Of a stretch of DNA of 64,000 bases, positions 57,750 to 64,000 are shown one piece after another. Below the pieces are notes generated by a model. That model did no database searches. It was given only the letters and a program-made list of their open reading frames with translations, and was not told where the DNA came from. Made by a program: the position numbers and the translations under genes. Each line of letters begins with the position of its first letter. Within the stretch, counting starts at the first letter, position 1. Source of the stretch: Candidatus Lutacidiplasmatales archaeon (GTDB taxonomy: Archaea; Thermoplasmatota; Thermoplasmata; Lutacidiplasmatales; UBA184); contig JBIOKR010000002.1 in the NCBI GenBank assembly GCA_044451945.1, positions 4,411 through 68,410 on the forward strand, read 5' to 3'.

Positions 57750-58916
57750 ATGCCGGAAGAGCCGGAGTTCACGGTCACCCCGTACGAGGTCAAGGGCAAG
57801 ATCGACTACGAGCGTCTCCGGGAGCTCTTTGGGACCCAGTCGATCGGCCCGGAGCTCCTCGAGCGACTCGAGCGAGCCGCCGGGGGACCGCTCCCCCCTT
57901 CCTTGCGCCGGGGGATCTACTACTCCCACCGGGACCTTGGCTGGGTGCTGGACGAGTTCGGCAAGCACCACCCATTCTTCCTGTACTCCGGACGCGGTCC
58001 TTCCGGACCGCTCCACACCTCCCACCTGGTGCCGTTCGAGCTCTGCCAATGGTTCCAGGAGCGCTTCCACGTGCCGATGTACATCCAGATCACCGACGAC
58101 GAGAAGTTCTGGTTCCGGCCGAAGCTCACCCGGGAGGAGACGGCGCGCTGGGGAATGGAGAACCTGCTCGACATCCTCGCCGTCGGCTTCGACCCGAAGA
58201 ACACGCGCGTGATGTTCGACACAAGGTCGATCCGGGCCATGTATCCGCTCGCCGTCGAGGTCGCGAAGAAGATCCCCTACTCGACCGCGAAGGCGGTCTT
58301 CGGCTTTCCGCCCAGCACGAACATCGGTCTCGTCTTCTACACCGCCCTCCAGACGGTCCCGTGCTTCTACCCGTCGTGGGAGAGCGGCCGTTCCGTTCCC
58401 TGCCTGATCCCCTGCGGCATCGACCAGGACCCGCATTTCCGCGTTACCCGGGACATCGCCGAAGGGCTCGGCTACAGCAAGCCGGCCCTTCTCCACAGCC
58501 AGATGCTTCCCGGCCTGCTCGGGGAGCGGGTGATGTCGACGATGGGGGACACGAAGGACAACGCGCTCTTCCTGAACGACCCTCCGAAGGACGTGGAGAA
58601 GAAGATCCGCAATGCGTTCACCGGCGGCAGGAGCACGGTGGAAGAACAACGCCGGCTCGGCGCCGTCCCCGAGGTCTGCTCGGTGTGGGCGCTGTGGAGA
58701 TCCAAGTTCGCGCCGACGGACGCGGAGTTCGACGGGATCACCCGGGACTGCCGATCCGGCGCCCTGCTGTGCGGCGAATGCAAGGCCCGCCTCATCCCCA
58801 AGGTGCACGCCTTCTACAGCGAGCACGCGGCCCGACGCGAGAAGGCGAAGGAGTACGCAGAGTCGCTGATTGTGGTCGACGCGAAACGCTCGCCGACTGC
58901 ACCGTCCGCCGGCTAA
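57750..58916 (+). CDS. trpS: Tryptophan--tRNA ligase (archaeal/eukaryotic type)
   Basis: VTPYEV.G.IDY, YSGRGPS..LH.SH, QITDDEK, GIDQDPHFR, AFTGG, LCGECK. Confidence 0.96.
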   Translation: MPEEPEFTVTPYEVKGKIDYERLRELFGTQSIGPELLERLERAAGGPLPPSLRRGIYYSHRDLGWVLDEFGKHHPFFLYSGRGPSGPLHTSHLVPFELCQWFQERFHVPMYIQITDDEKFWFRPKLTREETARWGMENLLDILAVGFDPKNTRVMFDTRSIRAMYPLAVEVAKKIPYSTAKAVFGFPPSTNIGLVFYTALQTVPCFYPSWESGRSVPCLIPCGIDQDPHFRVTRDIAEGLGYSKPALLHSQMLPGLLGERVMSTMGDTKDNALFLNDPPKDVEKKIRNAFTGGRSTVEEQRRLGAVPEVCSVWALWRSKFAPTDAEFDGITRDCRSGALLCGECKARLIPKVHAFYSEHAARREKAKEYAESLIVVDAKRSPTAPSAG

Positions 58917-59698
58917 CCGACCTCGGGCCTTCGCTCCCTGCGCGAGGGGCCGACGGGGCGAGGGCGGTACGGCTCCTCTGGACCTTCGTCGTCCGGCGCG
59001 CTCGGACCGTCATCGACCGGTGCGCCCGCCGCCGCCGTGACCAGGCCTAGCATCGGCCGGAAAAGTGAGCGTCGAGCCCGTTCGGGGTCGAGATTGAACG
59101 CCCGTTCGTACGCGGACATCGCCTCCTCCTCCTCCCCGAGAGAGAGGAGGGAGAGGGCGAGGTCGATCCAGCTCCTCGCCTCGCGGCCGGTCTCCTTCTC
59201 CCCGGCCTCCTCGAGGTGGGTGTCGAGGTCCCGCCCGCGGATCGGCTCCTCGCTGGGCGACCGGCCGGTCTCCCGTGAGAGGACTAGGGCCCGTTCGAAG
59301 GCGGCGGCGCTCGCCGGTTCATCACCGGATTCCGCGAGGGCGACCCCTAACCGATGCCAGGCGACCATGTCCTCCGGAATGAGTGCGACCGCGTGGCGGT
59401 ACGCCGAGGCGGCCTCGGGCCACTCCTGGCGGAGGGAGCGGGCGATGCCGAGATGGAACCAGGCCTCCCCGTTCTGGGGAGAGATCGCGATCGCCCGCGA
59501 GAGGGCCGCTTCCGCCTCGGCCGCCTGGCCGAGGTGGGAGAGGGCGATCCCGAGGTACGCCCAGGCCCTCGCATGCTGCGGCTCCTCCCTTAGGACGAGC
59601 TGGAGGGCGCGCGCCGCGTGCGCGTAGTCCTTCGAGAGGAAATAGTGGACCCCGATGTCGAACTGCTGCGTCACGGGAGCCGCACCAACGAAGCTCAA
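58913..59698 (-). CDS. Tetratricopeptide repeat protein
   Basis: Repeated AW..LG.A......EA......A...P motifs. Confidence 0.88.
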   Translation of the reverse strand: MSFVGAAPVTQQFDIGVHYFLSKDYAHAARALQLVLREEPQHARAWAYLGIALSHLGQAAEAEAALSRAIAISPQNGEAWFHLGIARSLRQEWPEAASAYRHAVALIPEDMVAWHRLGVALAESGDEPASAAAFERALVLSRETGRSPSEEPIRGRDLDTHLEEAGEKETGREARSWIDLALSLLSLGEEEEAMSAYERAFNLDPERARRSLFRPMLGLVTAAAGAPVDDGPSAPDDEGPEEPYRPRPVGPSRRERRPEVG

Positions 59699-59937
59699 GG
59701 TTCGGCGGAGGGAAATAGATGTCCTTCGTACCGAATCACCTGGGGAAGCCGTTCCGTGAGCCGCCTTCGCTCGGCGGGTGAGCGGTTAAATACCCCCCGG
59801 TAACTCACTCGGTAAGGACCCCGAGAGCCTCGCCGTACAGAGCGCCAGCGTCTAAGACGAGAGTTTTGACGTAAGTTAGCTCCGTTCGAACGACGGCCGA
59901 CGGTCCTCCCAAACGCGAAACGCGAAGAGGCGACGAA

Positions 59938-60426
59938 ATGGAGAAACCCCTGACAAAAGTGCGCGACCTGACGCCGAGCTCGAAGCAAGTGAACGTCCAC
60001 GCGAAGGTGACGAACGTGGGCGAGGCCAAGGAGGTCATGGGCAAGTACGGTGACCCCCGGAAGGTAGCCGAGGCCGTGATCGGTGACGAGACCGCAACGA
60101 TCACCCTCTCTCTCTGGAACGAGCAGATCGGGTCGATCGCCAAGGACGACATCATCCTGGTCGACAACGGCTACGTCTCCCTGGTGCGGGGCCACATGCG
60201 GCTCAACGTCGGGCGGTACGGCAACCTCACGAAGTCCGACCAACCGATCACCGAGGTCAACTCCTCGCTCGACATGAGCCAGCAGGAGTTCGAGAGCGAG
60301 CGCCGGTCCTTTGGTGGCGGCGGCGGCGGCCGGTACGGCGGCGGCGGTGGCGGCGGAGGCCGCTACAGCGGCGGTAGCGGTGGCGGCGGTGGCCGCGAGC
60401 GCTCCGACACGTACAAGCGCTACTAG
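59938..60426 (+). CDS. ssb: Single-OB-fold ssDNA-binding protein with a Gly/Arg-rich tail
   Basis: KV.DL.P, V.EA.IGDETA.I...LW, NGYV...RG...LNVG.YG. Confidence 0.9.
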   Translation: MEKPLTKVRDLTPSSKQVNVHAKVTNVGEAKEVMGKYGDPRKVAEAVIGDETATITLSLWNEQIGSIAKDDIILVDNGYVSLVRGHMRLNVGRYGNLTKSDQPITEVNSSLDMSQQEFESERRSFGGGGGGRYGGGGGGGGRYSGGSGGGGGRERSDTYKRY

Positions 60427-60439
60427 GCCTGACAACCCT

Positions 60440-60485
60440 GGCGGCCTCCTTCGGGGGGCCGCCTTACCTCTTTTTCCCGGTTTTT
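60440..60485 (+). terminator. Hairpin (UUCG loop) plus T-tracts after ssb
   Basis: GGCGGCCTCC-TTCG-GGGGGCCGCC followed by two TTTTT runs. Confidence 0.7.
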
Positions 60486-60627
60486 CCTTGGCACTTGACA
60501 GCGTGGGGCCAAGCGGCCGACCTACCCGGCGTCGCTCATCGTAGCAGACCATCCGGGGCGGCCCGTTCGTCCTGGGAGTCCCGCTCGCAATTACCTAAAT
60601 AGACCGGTCCCGTGGCGGGGCCACCCC

Positions 60628-61326
60628 ATGGCCGAAGAGAAACCCCGAGAGCTAACGCTCTACGTTCAGAGCAAGAAGGTCGTCACGAGCTTCTACCGGC
60701 CCTCCCAGAGCCGGATGACCGCGGGCACCGGCGGTCCCGTCGCGGCGCCCTCCGGCGTCGCCCAGTTCGAGGCCGGCCGCTCGGGGGATGAAGGCGCCGG
60801 CTCCGGGGAGGAGCACTTCTTCCTTTCCGACGACCAGGCGAGGGCACTTGCGATGGCGGAGGAGCTCGCCGGCAAGAGGGGTTTCAAGATCGACGTCGTG
60901 GACGTGGCGAAAGCCGGGCGCATCGAACGGTTGGTCGCCGAGCGGCTCCGCGGAGTCCAGAACTTCCCGGTGATGATCGACCCGACCGGTCGCCGACTCG
61001 AAGGGGTCGACCAGTTCACCGAGGAGCATCTCTGCGAGATGATGCCCACGGAGATGCGAAGCCTCAGAGCGTTCACCTACCTCAAGGTCCGCGGCGGAGA
61101 CCTCGACCGGATACGCCTGGCCTTGCTGGGATTCTCGGAAGTCCGGGAGCTCCACTTGCTCACCGGCGACTGGGACGTGTTCGTGGTCCTCGAGTTCTCC
61201 GGCCCCGCCACGCGGAAGCGCCAGGTGCTCGACTTCGTGACCGAGCGGATCCGGGGGATCCCCGAGGTGCTCGACACGAGCACCCTAGTCCCCGAGTTCT
61301 CGGTGACGAAGTTCCCGGTCGGCTGA
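60628..61326 (+). CDS. Lrp/AsnC ligand-binding (RAM) domain protein with a thioredoxin-like N-terminal domain
   Basis: C-terminal V.E.H.LTG.WD...IR.IP.V.DTST; N-terminal I.VVDV...FPV.....G..L.G. Confidence 0.7.
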   Translation: MAEEKPRELTLYVQSKKVVTSFYRPSQSRMTAGTGGPVAAPSGVAQFEAGRSGDEGAGSGEEHFFLSDDQARALAMAEELAGKRGFKIDVVDVAKAGRIERLVAERLRGVQNFPVMIDPTGRRLEGVDQFTEEHLCEMMPTEMRSLRAFTYLKVRGGDLDRIRLALLGFSEVRELHLLTGDWDVFVVLEFSGPATRKRQVLDFVTERIRGIPEVLDTSTLVPEFSVTKFPVG

Positions 61327-61367
61327 CCGGCGAGCGCCTCGCCCGGTGGCCACGGGAGCGCGAGAGC

Positions 61368-62159
61368 TCACGCGGGCGCTGCGGCCGGTAGGATCTCGGC
61401 GTACTGCAGGTAAAGGCACGCGACGACGATCGACGCGATCGCCGAGGCCAAGAGCCCCAGGGAGCCGCCGAGAACCGAGACATCGCTCGGCCCTCCCGAG
61501 AACGGCCCGGTCGTCATCAGCTGCGCCCCGATTCCCCGGAGGTGGTAGACGACCGTCAGGGCACGGATCGGGCCGGCGATCACGGAGACGAACGTCTCCC
61601 AGATGAAACCGAACAGGAGCCCGATCACCAGCGCCTGGCGGGAGAGCAGGCCTAAAAGGAGGAAAAACGCGCCGTAGGTGAGCACCGCGAGGACGGTCAG
61701 GAGGACGACAGTCTCGAGAAGCGCCGGGGAGCCGGTCGTCGGGCCGCTCGTGAATCCGGCGGCGATGCCGATGCCCGACAAGGCCGACGGCAGGACGACG
61801 CTCAACGCCGCCCCGGCAAAACCGACGTACTTCCCGACGACCAGGACGGGGCGGGGAACCGTCCGGTTGAGGGGATAGACGAGCGTGTCGTCCTCGAGCT
61901 CACCGCGGAACGGGCCCACTCCGAGCACCAGGCAGACGAGGAGGAGGATCACCGGCAGAAAGAGCGTGGAAAAAAGCGTCTCGGAGGCCCCGAGCAGGTC
62001 GAGGCCAGAGAAGCCCGCCGCGGCGATCCCCGCCACGATGACCGGATAGACCGCGGCCGCCCCGATGACCCCGTAGCCGGTCGAGCCGGAGAACGAAGCG
62101 CGGAAGGTCGCCCAAGCGACGACCCCTATTCTCGAAAACATCCTCGGCACGTTCGTCAC
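61368..62159 (-). CDS. ABC-2 type transporter permease
   Basis: ELEDDTLVY...R...R....GKY; six TM helices. Confidence 0.85.
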   Translation of the reverse strand: MTNVPRMFSRIGVVAWATFRASFSGSTGYGVIGAAAVYPVIVAGIAAAGFSGLDLLGASETLFSTLFLPVILLLVCLVLGVGPFRGELEDDTLVYPLNRTVPRPVLVVGKYVGFAGAALSVVLPSALSGIGIAAGFTSGPTTGSPALLETVVLLTVLAVLTYGAFFLLLGLLSRQALVIGLLFGFIWETFVSVIAGPIRALTVVYHLRGIGAQLMTTGPFSGGPSDVSVLGGSLGLLASAIASIVVACLYLQYAEILPAAAPA

Positions 62160-63076
62160 TCCGCGAGGTACCGAAAGACCGACTCGAGGTTGTCATCGGG
62201 GCTGCTCATCTCAAGGATCGAGAGCGACTCGTCGGTGACGAGGCGGGGTAGGGCCTGGTAGAATACGTCCGGGGCACGGGTGCGGACCGTAAGCCGGTCC
62301 GGGTCCTGGAATTGAACGCTCAGCACGTGGTCCCACGCCGAGAGGAGCTGGCCGAGCCGACGGGATTCGGCTGTGCGGATCTCGATGGAGTGCGGGTGGG
62401 CGTCCAAGGCGTCCCGGAGCCGGTGCACATTCCCCTCGGCGAGCACCCGTCCGTTGGAGACCATGACGATCTCCTCGGTAAGCCGCTCCACCTCGTAGAG
62501 GACGTGCGAGCTCACGACGAGGTGCCCACCGGAGGCAGCGTACCGCTCGAACAGGTCGAGCAGCCGCACCCGGCCGAGCGGGTCGAGCCCGTTGAGGGGT
62601 TCATCCAAGAGGAGCAGCTTCGGGCGGTGCGCGATCGCCTGGGCGATCTTGACCCGCTGACGCATCCCCTTGCTGTATCCCCTCAAGTGTCGGTGGGCGG
62701 CGTCGGTCAGACCAACTTGCTCGATGGCATCCGCGGTTCGGGCACGGGCCTCCTCCCGGGAGAATCCATCGAGCCGGAGCAGGTACTCAACGAACTCGAA
62801 ACCGGTCATCCAGCCGTAGACCGCAGGATGTTCCGGACAGTAGCCGATCTCGGCGGGATGCGGCGGCCGTCCCCAGGGGTTCTCGCCGAACCGCTGCAAC
62901 ATTCCTCCATCGGCGCGAAGCTGGCCGGTGATCAGTCGGAAGAACGTCGATTTGCCGGCCCCGTTCGGACCGATCAGCGCCGTGATGCCGGGGTTGAACG
63001 TGGCGCTGAAGCCGTTGAGGCCGAGCACCTCCCCGTAGCGCTTGGTGACGTTCTGGGCGACGATCGGCGCCGTCAC
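62156..63076 (-). CDS. ABC transporter ATP-binding protein
   Basis: GPNGAGKST, YSKGMRQR, LLLDEPLNGLDP, SSH; GTG start overlaps the upstream stop. Confidence 0.93.
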   Translation of the reverse strand: MTAPIVAQNVTKRYGEVLGLNGFSATFNPGITALIGPNGAGKSTFFRLITGQLRADGGMLQRFGENPWGRPPHPAEIGYCPEHPAVYGWMTGFEFVEYLLRLDGFSREEARARTADAIEQVGLTDAAHRHLRGYSKGMRQRVKIAQAIAHRPKLLLLDEPLNGLDPLGRVRLLDLFERYAASGGHLVVSSHVLYEVERLTEEIVMVSNGRVLAEGNVHRLRDALDAHPHSIEIRTAESRRLGQLLSAWDHVLSVQFQDPDRLTVRTRAPDVFYQALPRLVTDESLSILEMSSPDDNLESVFRYLAE

Positions 63077-63912
63077 TCGGGCACCACCTCCGCGCCCTCG
63101 AGGCGCCAGTACGCGAGGAAGAATGTGGTCGCCGAGAAGCCGATCAGTATCACGGCCGCCACCCAGGGGCTCAGGGGATCCCCGCCGACCCCGAACGCCC
63201 CGCTCGCGACGGCGATCAGGTTCTCGTCCGGGCTCAGGTACCCGAACGACGGCTGATTCGAGATCGCTGCGAGGAGGACGGCGACGGCCTCCGAGCCGAT
63301 CAGCACGCCGAAGATCCCGGCACCGGCGAGGGCGCTGCGCGAGGAGAGCGACGAGAGGAACACCGAGATCCCGGTGAACGCCGTCACGGCCAGGAGCCCG
63401 ACCGCGAGGTCGCCCCCGAAGCCCTGCAGGGCCAGCGGGAGGGAGGCGTAGCCCAAGGAGAGCACGATGAAGCAGCCGATCGAGGAGGGGATCACCGCGC
63501 CGAAGAATATCCAGGCGGCGACCGCCCCGGATTTGGCCACGAGGTAGTCGAAGCGGGTGATGGGCCGGGCCAGATAGAGCGTGAGCGAGCGGCTGGCCAA
63601 GTCGCGAGAGACGATCCCGGCGCCGACGGAGCTGCTCAGGAGCACGAGCAGGAAGAACCAGACCCCCGTACTGAACGGGATGAAGAACAGCCGGGCGGAG
63701 ACCCCCGGGCCGAAACCACCCCGGAAGAGGGTCGCGATGTAGAACGGGACGACCGTCGACAGGAGCACCGCGGCCGATAGCAGCCCGAGAAGCACGAAGT
63801 TGAGCGCCTTGCCCCGCTCGAGAAGCTGCGACTCCAGGATCGCGCCCCATCGGTCCGGGCGGGGGCGCAGCGCCGGAGGCGGGAGGGAGTACTCGGGGGC
63901 GTGGATGCTCAT
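63073..63912 (-). CDS. ABC-2 type transporter permease
   Basis: SRDL....L.LYLARPITR.DY..AK; multiple TM helices. Confidence 0.85.
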   Translation of the reverse strand: MSIHAPEYSLPPPALRPRPDRWGAILESQLLERGKALNFVLLGLLSAAVLLSTVVPFYIATLFRGGFGPGVSARLFFIPFSTGVWFFLLVLLSSSVGAGIVSRDLASRSLTLYLARPITRFDYLVAKSGAVAAWIFFGAVIPSSIGCFIVLSLGYASLPLALQGFGGDLAVGLLAVTAFTGISVFLSSLSSRSALAGAGIFGVLIGSEAVAVLLAAISNQPSFGYLSPDENLIAVASGAFGVGGDPLSPWVAAVILIGFSATTFFLAYWRLEGAEVVPE

Positions 63913-64000
63913 GACACCGCTCCTTTCGCGCGGGCCTCGAGCAGGCTCAGGAAGAGCTCCTCGACGGTGTGCACGGCCGGCCGGAGATACCGGACCTGTA
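63909..64000 (-). CDS. C-terminus of a probable ABC ATP-binding protein (truncated by the window)
   Basis: QVRYLRPAVHTVEELFLSLL; ATGA overlap with the permease. Confidence 0.6.
   Translation of the reverse strand, partial: QVRYLRPAVHTVEELFLSLLEARAKGAVS

Noticed and set aside
60313..60392. GGC-rich tandem repeat as a CRISPR array or VNTR
   Set aside because: It encodes the poly-Gly tail of SSB. No repeat-spacer structure was seen anywhere in the window.

Overview
GC-rich archaeal chromosomal segment. Archaeal markers are rpl37e next to lsm, archaeal S15, archaeal-type TrpRS, PolB2, class III pilin signal peptides and TATA boxes about 25 nt before leaderless starts. With gyrA and DUF981 genes this points to a high-GC Thermoplasmata lineage (inference). 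About 55 genes can be supported; I found no rRNA, tRNA or CRISPR array. Two systems stand out. (1) At about 7-22.4 kb, a PstS-fold phosphate-binding protein with a type IV pilin signal peptide lies head-to-head with a pilus assembly operon. Next to it are a second pilin, ExeA-like and KaiC/ArlH-like ATPases, two AbrB-PhoU regulators and an arsR-arsM-arsC-aquaporin operon. This is a candidate phosphate 'bindosome' or phosphate-binding pilus. (2) At 24-31 kb, a split PolB2 cassette (Walker-A-less RadA-like gene, small partner gene, polB2). Each half is preceded by the same ~50 bp palindromic element, GAGA-N6-GAAAC-N16-GTTTC-N6-TCTC, a candidate DNA-damage operator. Also present: a decayed TnpB, a toxin-antitoxin-like insertion between rps15 and the DHH gene, a DtxR-regulated Zn/Mn ABC operon with a visible operator, and several paralog pairs of unknown function. 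All assignments come from reading motifs by eye; no database searches were run.
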